From the NCBI GenBank assembly GCA_964587655.1, contig CAZPMT010000014.1, positions 4,289 to 68,288 of the forward strand: 64,000 nucleotides of DNA. The letters run 5' to 3'. This document shows, piece by piece, positions 17,838 to 29,300 of the stretch. The position numbers were made by a program, and so were the translations under genes. Below the pieces are notes generated by a model that made no database searches, was not told the origin of the DNA, and saw nothing but the letters and a program-made list of their open reading frames with translations. This DNA is from an uncultured Nitrospiraceae bacterium. GTDB taxonomy: Bacteria > Hydrogenedentota > Hydrogenedentia > Hydrogenedentales > SLHB01. Within the stretch, counting starts at the first letter, position 1, and every line of letters begins with the position of its first letter.

Positions 17838-19094
17838 TCATCGTTTTCCACCGAACTGTTCGCGGTATTTGAGCGGGGACATGGCTTCAAACTTCTGGAA
17901 AAGCCTGGCGAAGTTGCTTGTGTCGCTGATTCCGACGCGCCGTGCCACTTCAGTTACGGTCAGGCGCGTCCGGCGCAGCAATTCCTTGGCCTTGTCAATC
18001 CGGAGTCGTCCGAGATATTCGCTGTATGACATCCCGAACTTGCGTTGGAGTCGATGGGTGATCGCCGTGGGGTGCTGCCCCAGCTTTGCCGCGACTTCGT
18101 TGAGCGTCACGCTGTCGGCGATACGCGGGAGCAGTATGGCGTTGAGTTCGGCGTAGCCCTCCGTTCTAGGGACGTCACGTGTGGCCTTTCGTTTGAGGAT
18201 GCTCAAGAGCCGCATGACCGCGTCCGCCAACTGCATGTCCGTCCGGCCCTGTTCCAATTCATCGAGCAACCGCGGCAGACGCGCCCGGCACGGTGTCGTG
18301 TCAACCGCGGCGCGCTCGGCCGCCTCAATCACCGCGCACACTAGCGCCGCCGCGCGCGCCCGTTTCACGGAGATGCGCGTTCTCCGATCTGAGCGCGTTT
18401 CGCTGAGAACGGCGCGCACAAGCGCGCGCGCCTGACCCTGCGCGTCCCCGGTCAAGGCTGCGGCAATCGGTCGCGCCTGGTATGGGTCGCCGAGCGGGAC
18501 GTGCGCTTTCGCGCGGCGCGACGGCCTCCGACCCGTTTCCTCATCATCATGGAGTTCCTCGGACGTTTCCTGGGGTTGCGTCGCGGCCCACAGTTCCTGA
18601 AGCGCATCAAGGGCCCAGTCGACGATACCGGGCAGCGTCGACACGGGAAGCACGGGCACGTCCGTCAAAGCCTTCCGGAATGCCGCGTCAGGCGCCGCAT
18701 GGAGCCGCGCCAGCCCATCGAGTGCGTCGGGTTCGATTGAACTGGCGCCTTCCCACGGGCAATAGGGACCGAAGGTCAATGCGAAACCGGGAGCGTCGAC
18801 GGGAAACGGAAAGACCGTAACACAGGCGAATCCCATGTGGCAGAAAAACGGCATTGCCGTCTGAAGACGCAGTGCATCCGCGACGGCGCTCGCGCGCGAG
18901 CGCCGACATGCCGCGTTGCCGCCCGGAAGCCTGGCCACGCAACGGCACGCGGCGCACTGTCCATGGCCAACGATGCGGAGTCCTTCTTCATCATGTTCGA
19001 CGGCGTGAAGGCTTACCGCGGAGGCGGTGCAACGCGCGGCGCGTGAGAGGACCCGCGAAACGGCCGCGGATCTGAAGAAGGCCAGCGGCTTCAT
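17838..19094 (-). CDS. AraC-family transcriptional regulator with a cysteine-rich N-terminal sensor domain
   Basis: C-terminal HTH_18 'LTVTEVARRVGISDTSNFARLFQKFEAMSPLKYRE'. The N-terminal 100 aa carry 'GQCAACRCV...CRR...FFCHMGFAC'. Start overlaps the upstream MBL gene (ATGA). Confidence 0.8.
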   Translation of the reverse strand: MKPLAFFRSAAVSRVLSRAARCTASAVSLHAVEHDEEGLRIVGHGQCAACRCVARLPGGNAACRRSRASAVADALRLQTAMPFFCHMGFACVTVFPFPVDAPGFALTFGPYCPWEGASSIEPDALDGLARLHAAPDAAFRKALTDVPVLPVSTLPGIVDWALDALQELWAATQPQETSEELHDDEETGRRPSRRAKAHVPLGDPYQARPIAAALTGDAQGQARALVRAVLSETRSDRRTRISVKRARAAALVCAVIEAAERAAVDTTPCRARLPRLLDELEQGRTDMQLADAVMRLLSILKRKATRDVPRTEGYAELNAILLPRIADSVTLNEVAAKLGQHPTAITHRLQRKFGMSYSEYLGRLRIDKAKELLRRTRLTVTEVARRVGISDTSNFARLFQKFEAMSPLKYREQFGGKR

Positions 19095-19873
19095 GCACGG
19101 ATCTCGAAGAGAGGCGTCGGGACGTGCTGATGCGCAACGTGCAACATGACGCCGCGGCCCTCAAGGACTCCGGCCGCCAGCTTGTGTGCGATGTCTGGGC
19201 AGTTGTTCTCCTGGCTGAGATGCACAAGCACGACGATCTGCAACGCCTCGTGGATCAAGCTCGAAAGAAGCGACGTCATATCGACGTTCGACAAGTGCCC
19301 GTACCGGCTCCGAATGCGTTGCTTGAGCGCGGGGGGATACGGGCCGCGGTGCAGCATGTCCAGACAGTGGTTCGATTCGAGCACCAGCGCATGAGAACCT
19401 TCCAGCCTCTGCTTCACGTACCGAGGCGCATGTCCGAGGTCGGCGGCAAGACCGAGCTTGACGCCGTCGCACTGGGCGACGTAGCTCACCGGGTCGGCTG
19501 CGTCATGGCACACGTTGAAACTGGCAAGCGTGAGCCCATCGATTGTCACGCTGTCCCCTGATTCGAACAACTCGACTTGCGGAAGCTCCCCCACGATTTC
19601 AGGCAGGTTCTCGCGCGTTCCGGGCGTCATGTATACGGGTACGCCGAGCGCTCTCGCAAGTACGCCGACGCCCTTCACGTGGTCCGAGTGTTCGTGCGTT
19701 ACGAACACCGCTTTCAATCCGTCCAGCGTTTCGCCGATGCTCGCGACGCGACTTCGGAGTTCCTTCAGACTGAACCCGTTGTCGATAAGGATTCTGGAAT
19801 TGGGCGAGACCACCAGCAGGGCGTTCCCGCTGCTGCCGCTCCCAAGAAGTGCAAACCGAAGCAATGCGGCCAT
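19091..19873 (-). CDS. MBL-fold metallo-hydrolase
   Basis: 'VFVTHEHSDHVKG' HxHxDH motif, with downstream His and Asp. Confidence 0.8.
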   Translation of the reverse strand: MAALLRFALLGSGSSGNALLVVSPNSRILIDNGFSLKELRSRVASIGETLDGLKAVFVTHEHSDHVKGVGVLARALGVPVYMTPGTRENLPEIVGELPQVELFESGDSVTIDGLTLASFNVCHDAADPVSYVAQCDGVKLGLAADLGHAPRYVKQRLEGSHALVLESNHCLDMLHRGPYPPALKQRIRSRYGHLSNVDMTSLLSSLIHEALQIVVLVHLSQENNCPDIAHKLAAGVLEGRGVMLHVAHQHVPTPLFEIRA

Positions 19874-19935
19874 CCTCTTTGGTTACGTGCGGCAATTCTT
19901 GATGAGATCATAGCATGTGGGTCCGCGACCATCAA

Positions 19936-20397
19936 TCAACGGGCGGAGTGGTGTCTGACTTGCTTGATGGCTTCGCGGGCGAGTTCGTCGCAGCGCTCGT
20001 TGAAGAAGTGGCCTGCGTGGCCAGGGACCCATTGCCATTTCACGTCGTGTTTCTGCGTGAGGGCGTCGAGCTCCTGCCAGAGATCGATGTTCTTGACCTT
20101 TCCTGTCCCGCGGAGCCATCCGCGGCGCTTCCACTTCTGCATCCATTCGGTGATGCCGCGCTGGAGGTACTGCGAATCCGTGTGGACAATAACGGAACAG
20201 GGCCTCTTCAGGCTATTCAAAGCCTCGATGGCCGCGATGAGTTCCATACGGTTGTTGGTGGTCTTGGTCTCGCACCCGGACAGTTCCTTCATGTGGTCTT
20301 TGTACATCAAAACCGCGGCCCAACCGCCGGGGCCGGGATTCGGGTCGCACGCGCCGTCCGTGTAGATTACGACGCGATCTTCTTTCTCTTTCTTCAC
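19936..20397 (-). CDS. rnhA: Ribonuclease HI
   Basis: '[22 protein letters not shown]...[13 protein letters not shown]...VHTDSQY' is the classic RNase H DEDD core. Confidence 0.9.
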   Translation of the reverse strand: MKKEKEDRVVIYTDGACDPNPGPGGWAAVLMYKDHMKELSGCETKTTNNRMELIAAIEALNSLKRPCSVIVHTDSQYLQRGITEWMQKWKRRGWLRGTGKVKNIDLWQELDALTQKHDVKWQWVPGHAGHFFNERCDELAREAIKQVRHHSAR

Positions 20398-21197
20398 AGG
20401 TCTTTCTCGACGGATTTGAGGGCGGAGATGTAATGGGCCAGATCATTCTCGACGCCGTGATTGTAGAACCACTCAGCCGAGACGTAGCCGTCATAACCGT
20501 GGTCGCGGAAGGTGCGCAGGAAATCGGCGATGGGCGCCTGGCCTTCGCCGATGGGAACGATGTCGTTTTGGCCGTGGGTGCGATCAACGTCGTGAAAGTG
20601 GACATGCTTGACAAACGGCATTAACAGCGCAACGGTTTCTTCAACGGTCTCGCCGGCGGTGACGGGATGCTGCGTATCCCACGTGGCGCGAATCCAGGGC
20701 GAGTTGACAGCGCTGCAAATGCCCGCCACGTCGGCCCCGGCCGAGAAGTAATCGTGCGTCTCAAGGCACACGAACACTCCGCATTTCGCGGCGGTCCCGG
20801 CGCACGCTTCGAGCGCCTCGCGAACACGGGCCGCGGCCACGGCGGGATCTGAAACTTCCGGATCGTGCCCGCCGAAGACGCGAATGCGCTTCGCGCCGAG
20901 GTCCGCGGCGAGTTCGCAGTAGGCCATGGCCTCGTCCACCATGCGCCGCCATTCCTTCCGGTCAGACTTGTTGAACTGGACCGACGTGGCGATGCACGCC
21001 ACGGCCACGCCGGCATCCTCGAAGTGTTTCCGGATGGCGGCGCGTTCCGCGGCGGTGCGTTCCGACTCGACCCCGTGAAGATGTCCTTCTGCGGCGCGCG
21101 GCTCGACCCCGTCGTAGCCGTAGCGGACGGCTGCGTCGACTACCTGTTCAAGCACGTATTCCGGACACGCAAACGTCATGAAACTGTATTTCAGCAT
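20394..21197 (-). CDS. Sugar phosphate isomerase/epimerase (xylose-isomerase-like TIM barrel)
   Basis: AP_endonuc_2-like sequence 'YDGVEPR...AKRIRVFGG...CLETHDYF...HFHDVD'. Stop overlaps the rnhA start. Confidence 0.7.
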   Translation of the reverse strand: MLKYSFMTFACPEYVLEQVVDAAVRYGYDGVEPRAAEGHLHGVESERTAAERAAIRKHFEDAGVAVACIATSVQFNKSDRKEWRRMVDEAMAYCELAADLGAKRIRVFGGHDPEVSDPAVAAARVREALEACAGTAAKCGVFVCLETHDYFSAGADVAGICSAVNSPWIRATWDTQHPVTAGETVEETVALLMPFVKHVHFHDVDRTHGQNDIVPIGEGQAPIADFLRTFRDHGYDGYVSAEWFYNHGVENDLAHYISALKSVEKDL

Positions 21198-21206
21198 CGT
21201 TCGACC

Positions 21207-21740
21207 TCAATCATCCTGCTCTTCGATCCTTTTCAGAACCGCAACCGCCTCTTCCCGCCTGCTCTTCAGGGCCGCCTCCATCGGTGTCGCATTGTCGTTG
21301 TTAGTAGTGTGCAGGTTGGCGCCTGCGCCGGCCAGTAGTTTCAACGTTGCGCTCTGACCAAACAGCGCCGCGGTATGCAACGGCGTGTCGCCAAATTCAT
21401 CCCGGGCCTCGATGTTTGCCCCGTGCTTCAGAAGGAGATCGGCTTCTTTGACGCGGCCAAGCATTGCCGCGGCATGGAGGGGCGTCAGCCCCGTATCGTC
21501 TGCCGCATTCACGTCCGCGCCTTTGCCAATGAAGAACTCGATCAACTCCGGCTTGCCGTAGGTCACGGCATAGTGCAGCGGCGTCTTGCCGAGTGGCGTT
21601 CGCGCGTTCACCTGGCTTGGGTCCTTGGCGAGAAGGGCTTTGATTTGTCCCATGTCCTCACGATTCACCAAGTCGTGAATGCTGTCGCCGCATCCCGCCA
21701 GGATAAGCGCGCCTATGATCCATGTGTGCCGGAGTCGCAT
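21207..21740 (-). CDS. Ankyrin-repeat lipoprotein
   Basis: Lipobox 'LAGCG'. Four 'G.TPLH.A...G......LL..GA' ankyrin units. Confidence 0.75.
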   Translation of the reverse strand: MRLRHTWIIGALILAGCGDSIHDLVNREDMGQIKALLAKDPSQVNARTPLGKTPLHYAVTYGKPELIEFFIGKGADVNAADDTGLTPLHAAAMLGRVKEADLLLKHGANIEARDEFGDTPLHTAALFGQSATLKLLAGAGANLHTTNNDNATPMEAALKSRREEAVAVLKRIEEQDD

Positions 21741-21749
21741 TTTCGCCAG

Positions 21750-22778
21750 TTACTGCACGGTTACCTTGTCATACCACTCCTGCGCGTTTTCCTTCGTGAT
21801 GCGGGCCGGTTCGAGGATCACCTCTTTCGGGACCTGCTCGCCGTGCGCAAGTTTGACCGCGAATTCGAGTCCTTCGGCCGCGCACGTGGGGTAGTAGAAG
21901 GTGCAGGCCAGCGTGCCTTCGATGACGCGTTTGATGCCGCCGTCGGGCCCGCCGAGCGCGTCCACGCCCACGAAGATCATCTCCTTGTCGCGTCCCGCGT
22001 TCTTCGCCGCCCAGTAGCAGCCGACCGCCATCGGATCGTTGTGCGCGTAAACGACGTCAATGTGCGGATTAGCCTGAAGGATCGTCTCCATGCGTTTCAA
22101 TGCTTCGTTTTGGATCCAGTTGGCGACGTCCTCGATCACCTTTACGCCCGGAATCGGATCGATGAACTTGCGCGCGCCGTTGTGGCGTTCTTCCTGGGGT
22201 TTCGTGCCGAGCAGGCCCTTCATCTCCACGACAGTCGGTCCAATGCCTTTCACCTTAGCGTATTCCGCGACGTACTGGCCCGCCATCTCGCCGATCTTCA
22301 CGTTGTCCGCGCCGACAAAGATATCGTACACCGGTTCGAGCAGGTTTCGTTCGAGACACACCACCTTGATGCCCTTTTCCTTCGCGCGTTTGACGGGTTC
22401 GGTGATGGGGGCGGCTTCATTCGGGGCGACGATCAAGACGTCGACCTTCTGTTGGATGAAGTTCTCGATCTGTGCGATCTGCTTCGCGTTGTCCTGCTGC
22501 GCGTCCTGGAGAAGAAGCTCGCAGTCCGGATACTTTGCGATGTCCCTTTTCATGATGTTGTTCTGAGCCGTCCGGTACGGCTCGGCGCTGTTGCACTGCG
22601 AAAACGCGATCTTGAACTTATTCTTGGCGGGCTCGGCGGCCGTGCCGGACTTGGCCGCGGGCGCCGGCGCCGGCTCGCTCTTGGAACCGCAGCCGGCCAT
22701 GTACAGGGCACACAACATCAAGACACAGCCGGAAATGATGCAACGACGCATTTCCATCCCATTGCTCGCGAGCTTCAT
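21750..22778 (-). CDS. Sugar ABC transporter substrate-binding lipoprotein (Peripla_BP_4 / ribose-binding-like)
   Basis: Signal/lipobox 'ISGCVLMLCALYMAGCGS'. 'KIAFSQCNSAEPY...VDVLIVAPN...VVYAHNDPMAVG' is a type I PBP fold. GGGAGGAG RBS 6 nt upstream of the ATG at 22778. Confidence 0.75.
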   Translation of the reverse strand: MKLASNGMEMRRCIISGCVLMLCALYMAGCGSKSEPAPAPAAKSGTAAEPAKNKFKIAFSQCNSAEPYRTAQNNIMKRDIAKYPDCELLLQDAQQDNAKQIAQIENFIQQKVDVLIVAPNEAAPITEPVKRAKEKGIKVVCLERNLLEPVYDIFVGADNVKIGEMAGQYVAEYAKVKGIGPTVVEMKGLLGTKPQEERHNGARKFIDPIPGVKVIEDVANWIQNEALKRMETILQANPHIDVVYAHNDPMAVGCYWAAKNAGRDKEMIFVGVDALGGPDGGIKRVIEGTLACTFYYPTCAAEGLEFAVKLAHGEQVPKEVILEPARITKENAQEWYDKVTVQ

Positions 22779-22798
22779 TCGCGTTCTCCTCCCGCCGC

Positions 22799-23770
22799 TC
22801 ACGCGGTCTTCTTCCTTCCCAAGAGCTGCAGCCACACGGCAACGAGTATGATAACGGCTTTCAACATCCACTGCACGTTCTCGTCGACGCTGTTGAGCCC
22901 AAGCACATTGGACAGAATGCCGAGCGCCAAGGCCCCCACAATCGTGCCGAAGATGCCTCCCTTGCCGCCGGCCAGACTCGTCCCGCCAATCACCGCGGCC
23001 GCGATGGCGTCGAGTTCGTATGCCATGCCCGCCTTCGGATCGCCCTGGTGCGTTTCGCAGCAGTAGAGAACGCCGGCGATTCCCGCCACCAGCCCGCTGA
23101 GGAGATACACGCGGATCTTGACCCAGGCGACGTTGATGCCGGAAAGGCGCGCCGCGTCTTCGTTGCCGCCCACGGCCATGAGATAGCGGCCAAACCGGGT
23201 CATGTTGAGGAGCACCAGCGCTACAAGGGTGACCACCATGAAGGTGGGCACCACGAAGGCTTTCTGTCCGATGAAATCGACGATGGGCTTAGTGCGGTCG
23301 TCATAGCCGACGGCGATGGTCGCGTTGCCCACGAGCCATTTCGCAAGGCCGCGGCTGCCGATCATTACGGCCAGCGTCACGATGAAGGGCTGCATACGCA
23401 GGCTTGTGATGACGATGCCCGCGGCGAGACCAAAGACGGAAGTCGCGCCCAGTGCCAGAAAGATCCCCAGAATCGGCGAGAGGCCCGCCGTCAATGAGGT
23501 GAACTTATAGGCGAAAACGGTGCAGGAGAGGGCAAGAAGCGAACCGACTGACAGGTCAATCCCGCCGCTGATAATGACCAACGTCATGCCCATCGCCAGA
23601 ATGCCGATGTCGGAGATCTGCCGGAGCACGTTGGCCAGATTGTCCGCCCGCCAGAAAATGGGGGAACCTGCATCGCGCGGTGAGAAGACCGTTGCGAGGA
23701 CAATCACGAATGCAAGCGTGGCGAGCGGGCGAAGCCAAGCCCGTTGGGTCAGTTTTTCCTTCGCGCGCAT
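22799..23770 (-). CDS. Sugar ABC transporter permease (BPD_transp_2, RbsC/XylH-like)
   Basis: Eight or more TM helices; 'GGIDLSVGS' and 'LAGGKGGIFGTIVGAL' conserved segments. Confidence 0.8.
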   Translation of the reverse strand: MRAKEKLTQRAWLRPLATLAFVIVLATVFSPRDAGSPIFWRADNLANVLRQISDIGILAMGMTLVIISGGIDLSVGSLLALSCTVFAYKFTSLTAGLSPILGIFLALGATSVFGLAAGIVITSLRMQPFIVTLAVMIGSRGLAKWLVGNATIAVGYDDRTKPIVDFIGQKAFVVPTFMVVTLVALVLLNMTRFGRYLMAVGGNEDAARLSGINVAWVKIRVYLLSGLVAGIAGVLYCCETHQGDPKAGMAYELDAIAAAVIGGTSLAGGKGGIFGTIVGALALGILSNVLGLNSVDENVQWMLKAVIILVAVWLQLLGRKKTA

Positions 23771-24076
23771 CGTTTAACGGTCAAACCCCTATCACGTCGA
23801 TCATACGCTCATCGTAGCATCCGTGAAGGCAGGCTTCAAACCTTAGTAATCTCGCGCAGGCGTCGGCTTGGAAGTGGTAGGGGGGCGGTCCCGCGCGACC
23901 GGACAGTCTTGTGAGAGTTTCTCGGAGGTTCCGTTTGCAATACAGTAAAACCTTATGGTAAGAAGAGTAAAATGATCTTGCTTGATTAATAGTTACTAAT
24001 GTGATAAGACCGGTAATGATGCTGGCTGGTCAATGGAAGTGCCGGACCTGCTGTTAATTCTTAGGAGGACGTGCGC

Positions 24077-24997
24077 ATGAGAGTATATGAAGATGCAAGC
24101 TTCAGTATCGGCAACACTCCTTTGGTGTCTTTGCTCAAGCTTGGAGCGGGCCTTAAGGCGAGGGTGCTTGGTAAAGTCGAGGGACGCAACCCGGGTTACT
24201 CGGTAAAATGCCGAATCGGGGCCGCGATGATTTGGGATGCCGAGAAGCGCGGTCTCATCAAGCCGGGCGGGACCATCATTGAGCCGACCTCCGGCAACAC
24301 GGGCATCGCCCTCGCGTTCGTTTCGGCGGCGCGCGGGTACAAGCTTATCCTTACGATGCCGGAGACCATGAGCATCGAGAGAAGGAGCATGCTGAAGGCT
24401 TACGGCGCCCAACTGATTCTCACCCCGGGTTCGGAAGGCATGCCTGGGGCGATACACGAAGCCGAGCGAATCGCGGCGGAAAACCCCGAGTATTTCCTGC
24501 CGCAGCAATTCAAGAATCCGGCCAACCCCGAGATCCATTTCAAGACCACAGGCCCCGAGATCTGGGACGACACGGACGGTGAGATTGACGTGCTGGTCTC
24601 CGGTGTCGGCACCGGCGGAACGATTTCCGGTGTAAGCCGCTACATAAAGCAGTTCAAGAAGATCGAGAGCGTGGCCGTGGAACCGGCTACCTCGCCTGTC
24701 CTTTCCGGCGGCAAGCCGGGGCCCCACAAGATCCAGGGCATTGGGGCCGGCTTCAAGCCCGACGTGCTGGACCTCAGCCTGGTCGACCGGATCGAACAGG
24801 TCACGAACGAGGAATCTTTCGAGATCGCCCGTCGCTTGACACGCGAGGAAGGTATCATCAGCGGCATCAGTTGTGGCGCGGCGACGGCAGTCGCCCTGCG
24901 TTTGGCGGCACAGGATCAGTACGAAGGCAAGACCATCGTAGTCGTTCTTCCGGATTCGGGAGAACGCTACTTGTCAACGCCTTTGTTTGAAGGATAA
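24077..24997 (+). CDS. cysK: Cysteine synthase A (O-acetylserine sulfhydrylase, PLP-dependent)
   Basis: 'IGNTPLV...[11 protein letters not shown]...SGNTGIALA...GVGTGGT' PALP motifs. AGGAGG RBS upstream. Confidence 0.9.
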   Translation: MRVYEDASFSIGNTPLVSLLKLGAGLKARVLGKVEGRNPGYSVKCRIGAAMIWDAEKRGLIKPGGTIIEPTSGNTGIALAFVSAARGYKLILTMPETMSIERRSMLKAYGAQLILTPGSEGMPGAIHEAERIAAENPEYFLPQQFKNPANPEIHFKTTGPEIWDDTDGEIDVLVSGVGTGGTISGVSRYIKQFKKIESVAVEPATSPVLSGGKPGPHKIQGIGAGFKPDVLDLSLVDRIEQVTNEESFEIARRLTREEGIISGISCGAATAVALRLAAQDQYEGKTIVVVLPDSGERYLSTPLFEG

Positions 24998-25030
24998 CGG
25001 CACAACAACGCTTGTAAGGAGAAACGAGTA

Positions 25031-26335
25031 ATGAGCAGTCCGGTTAACTACGACACAATGTCTTTGCACGCGGGGCAGGTTGCCGACCCGACTACCAACG
25101 CCCGCGCTGTTCCCATCTATCAGACGACTTCGTACGTGTTCCGGTCGGTGGAACACGCGGCGAATCTTTTTGGGTTAAAGGAATTCGGCAACATTTACAC
25201 GCGCATCATGAACCCGACCAACGACGTGCTCGAGAAGCGGCTCGCCGCGTTGGACGGCGGGACGGGCGCCTTGTCGCTTGCGTCAGGGCAATCGGCGATA
25301 ACCCTGTCCATTCTTAACATCACGCGCTGCGGACAGAACATCGTGTCCACGAGTTTTCTCTATGGAGGCACGTACAATCTGTTCCATTACACGCTGCCCA
25401 GGCTCGGGATCGAAGTGCGTTTCGTGGATTCGTCGGACCCGGCCAATTTTGAAAAGGCCATCGATGACAATACCCGCCTGCTCTTCACGGAATCCATCGG
25501 CAATCCGAAGAACAACGTGGATGACTTTCCCGGGATCGCCGCCGTGGCCCACAAGCACGGAATCCCGCTCATCGTCGACAACACAGTATCGCCTCCGCCC
25601 CTCCTGCGCACTTTCGATCTTGGCGCGGACATCAACGTCTACTCGTTGACGAAGTTCATCGGCGGGCACGGCACCAGCATCGGCGGGGCCATTGTCGAAT
25701 CAGGGACGTTCAACTGGAACAACGGCAAGTTTCCCGAGATCGTCGATCCGGACCCGTCGTATCACGGCGTGAGCTACTGGCAGGCCTTCGGCAACCACGA
25801 CAAGGCGGTGGCGCCGGGCCTCGCGTACATCCTGAAGACGCGCGTCCAGCTCTTGCGCGACCTCGGCCCCTCGCTGGCGCCGCAGAACGCCTTCCTGTTT
25901 CTGCAAGGACTGGAGACGCTGCCGTTGCGCATCCGGCAGCACTCGACAAACGCGCTTGCCGTAGCGCAGTGGCTCGAAAAGCATCCGGGCGTGACCTGGG
26001 TGAATTATCCGGGTCTGCCGAGCCATGCCGACCATGCCCGCGCCAAGAAGTTCCTCAAGGAAGGCTGCGGCGCCATCGTAGGCTTCGGCATAAAGGGCGG
26101 CCGCGAAGCCGGAATCAAGCTGATCGACAACGTGAAACTCTTCTCGCACCTGGCCAACATCGGGGACGCCAAGAGTCTCATCATTCATCCGGCCTCGACA
26201 ACGCATCAACAGTTGAGTCCTGAAGAACAGATCAGCACGGGCGTCACGGATGATTATGTCCGCCTTTCAGTCGGCTTGGAGAACATCGAAGACATTATTG
26301 CTGATCTGGACCAGGCGCTGAAAGCAGCGAAGTAA
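25031..26335 (+). CDS. metY: O-acetylhomoserine aminocarboxypropyltransferase/sulfhydrylase (Cys/Met metabolism PLP enzyme)
   Basis: 'DTMSLHAGQ...IYQTTSYVF...YTRIMNPT...DNTV..P...[15 protein letters not shown]' is a MetY/Cys_Met_Meta_PP signature. Confidence 0.85.
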   Translation: MSSPVNYDTMSLHAGQVADPTTNARAVPIYQTTSYVFRSVEHAANLFGLKEFGNIYTRIMNPTNDVLEKRLAALDGGTGALSLASGQSAITLSILNITRCGQNIVSTSFLYGGTYNLFHYTLPRLGIEVRFVDSSDPANFEKAIDDNTRLLFTESIGNPKNNVDDFPGIAAVAHKHGIPLIVDNTVSPPPLLRTFDLGADINVYSLTKFIGGHGTSIGGAIVESGTFNWNNGKFPEIVDPDPSYHGVSYWQAFGNHDKAVAPGLAYILKTRVQLLRDLGPSLAPQNAFLFLQGLETLPLRIRQHSTNALAVAQWLEKHPGVTWVNYPGLPSHADHARAKKFLKEGCGAIVGFGIKGGREAGIKLIDNVKLFSHLANIGDAKSLIIHPASTTHQQLSPEEQISTGVTDDYVRLSVGLENIEDIIADLDQALKAAK

Positions 26336-26344
26336 GACGCGGCA

Positions 26345-29300
26345 TTATCTCAGCACGGTGGCGCCCATTACGCCGAATATGACGTCGTTGGCGACGGCAT
26401 CGAGGCGCACGGACTTGAGCAGCGCGCCCGGACGCAAATCGAACGCGACGAGATGCGCCTCGGTATCGACGTTGACCGGCTTCGTAATATCCTGTACCTG
26501 CGATGAACCGGCCGGTCCGAAACGGCCGCCCAGATTCTCGAAACCGTTCGCCGCGGTGTCGTGCCAACGGCCGCACCACGTGCTCCAGCAGTCGCCGATA
26601 TCGATCGGACTCACGAGATCCTTTGAATCCGTATCGCCGTTCTCGTATTCCAGAGTCACGCGCAGGTTCGGGACGTAGCTCTGAGTCGGAAACGACATCC
26701 CGCTCAGCATTAGATAGAGCGTCTTCCCTGACGCGTTTACGGGAAACTCGATCGTCGTCGGAAATGCGCCGGCTTGCGTTACGATCCCGATATTGGGACC
26801 TTCCTTCGCTGTCTTGAACGGGATCCCGTCCGTGGTCCAGGCAACGCTGTCCGCTCCCACCTTTGCGCGCCACGCCGCGTCGCTGGGAACTTGCACGGGA
26901 TCGCCATGGTGTCGCGCGCCGAGATGGTCCTTCCAATAGTCAAAGCCAACGGTGCTTGCACCGGGCGGCGGAGGCGTCGCCTCTTTCGAGACCTTGCCGA
27001 GCGCTTCCAGGATTGTTGAGTTGTAGGCGCTTTTCAGATCGATGAGATTCCATCGCGCGAGATCGCGATCCGGCAATCGCGGCGCCGCCCAAACCGCGGG
27101 CATCTGTTTCGGCGCTTCCCCTTCGATCCGGAGTGAGACTGGAAGCCACGTCTCGCACTCTTTCTTTCCCGATAGAACGAACAAAAGCCCCGGACCGGGA
27201 TCGCATTGAACCGCGCCTCTCAACACTCCATCCCTAAGTGTTGGGTTAGCCAGGATCCTCTGTGTGTCTCTGAAGTCCGTAATCCGCGCATTCGGCAGAG
27301 ACAGTTCATAATCCGTATTGCGCTTGACGCACTGCTCGCTCGTAACGCGCGCGTTCGCTGAGACGTAGGTAGCGGTGATGTTCCCTCGCCTGCCCGGCTC
27401 GGTCTCAACGACGAGCCACGAAACCCCGATGCCGGGCTCAACACGGAAAGGTTTCTCTTTTCCGTCAACCGTAACACGATCGACCTGCGACGCCTGGAGC
27501 GGCAGACGCAAATGCACTAAGTTCCGCTCAACAGACTCCCATTCAATGCTGGTTCCCTCTGGATTCCGCCTCCATTTGTACGAAAACAAGGGAGTCTTGA
27601 TCGAGGCCTCGGACCATTCTGAAGGGAATTGCGGAGTGAGTTGCACGTAACCGTCCGGCAACTTCGGCGCGATGCCGAACAGCCCCTCCGTCACGGTTCT
27701 CATCCACATGCTGATGGCGTCGGCGAATTCGTCATTCGCGCGCTGGCGGCCGTCGGCAAATGAGTGGCACGACAAGCCCCCGGGCGTCGGACCGTTGAAG
27801 ATACCGCACAAAGTCGAGCGCAGGATCGAGTACGCCTCATCCGCGCGCCCGCCAAGGTAGTTGGTGAGGGCGAAATTGAGTTCCTCCGCATATGCCATTT
27901 CGTGCGTGCTGTGGGTATAGGAACGGCCGCTGTTCGGAAACCAGTTCGAACTCCAGAACTGCTTCCCGCCGCCTGGCGCGGCCTCCGTACCGAGATTCGT
28001 GTCGGCCCAATGCAGCATCTCGTAGATCTGGAATTGGTCCGCGGCCCCGAACTCGGCCGAATGATAGATCGTCGGAAGCTCGGGTTGCCGATGCAGGAGC
28101 TTCGCCGCGCGCGTATCGACGTATTCGGCGAATACGCCTTCGCGCGGCATCCACAGCTTCTTCTGCATTGCCGCGCGGATCGCCTCGGCGCGTTCCTCGA
28201 AAGGTTTGGGATCCTCGCCGAGCCGCCGCGCAAGGTTAGCGAGAAACCGGTGCGCGCCCAGCATGTACGCGGACGCCTGCGCGCACTGGCCTTGTATATA
28301 CCAATGCGAATCGCTGATCCACGTGTTGAGCGCGTTCTCGTACAAGAACTCATTCCCCGGCTGAAGACGCCGGCCTTCCCATTCCACGATCCCTTTCAGG
28401 ATCGGAAATATCTCGCGCATGAGTTCGAGGTCGTTGGTGTAATCGAAGTAGTGGCGAACATGATCGAGAAACACCTCGTTCATGTTGTAGAAAACGCCGC
28501 CAGGCGTATCGAGCAGGCTGGTTAATGCCCCGGCGTCGTCCCCCTTCTTCACCAAACCCAAGGAGACGAAGTTCCGGATGGCCCTCTGTATCCGATCCGT
28601 GCAGCCGGAACAGGTCATCCCATACCAGCCCCGCCAGCCCAGATATCCGAACCGCCACGACCACCCGCCGTGCATGACCGTCGAATCTCCCCATGTGCCC
28701 TCGGTCGCAAACAACATCATGCGGGCCGCGGCGTCAAGGTGCGGGTCCGGCGTCTGCGTGCAAACGCGAGAGGCAATGCTCTTGTTGCGACCGAGAGCCG
28801 CTTCCCACGCCTGTTTGGGATGCCGTATGGCCTCCTCGATGTCGCCGCCCATGCCGATAACGATGTAACCCTCGCGTGTAAGCTCCACCTCGGCGACGGC
28901 GACGCGGTTCGCTTGGGCGTCGCTCCGGGTCGAATGCCATTCCGTTGCCCGGGAAAGCGCGGACGGGCACGTGGCGAACGCGTTCGGATCGCCACAGCCG
29001 GTCTTCGACGTCCATGAATCTCCGCCCTGGATGACAGCCTGCCAGTCCGGAATGAAGCGCGGCGCGGCGAAAACCTGCTCCATAATCGAATCCGACTTGT
29101 CGAATGAGCGGTGAAGCTCGAACCGATTACCGATCCACTGGATGCGGTCCTTCGCGCACTGCGCGGGCGCGAAGCTGAACGCGAGGTCCGTCATCGCGTA
29201 GTTGGTGAAGAAGCCAGAGGCGCCGCCATAGGCCCACGTGAGCCGGGCCGGTGCATCGAGTCCCTTGACCGCCACCTTGACTATCAGACCGGCGCTCCTC

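Noticed and set aside
23771-24070. Possible SAM/S-box riboswitch upstream of cysK-metY.
   Set aside because: No match to the S-box core (no ...CTTATCAAGAG...GGTGGAGGGA... elements). The region looks like an ordinary AT-rich promoter.
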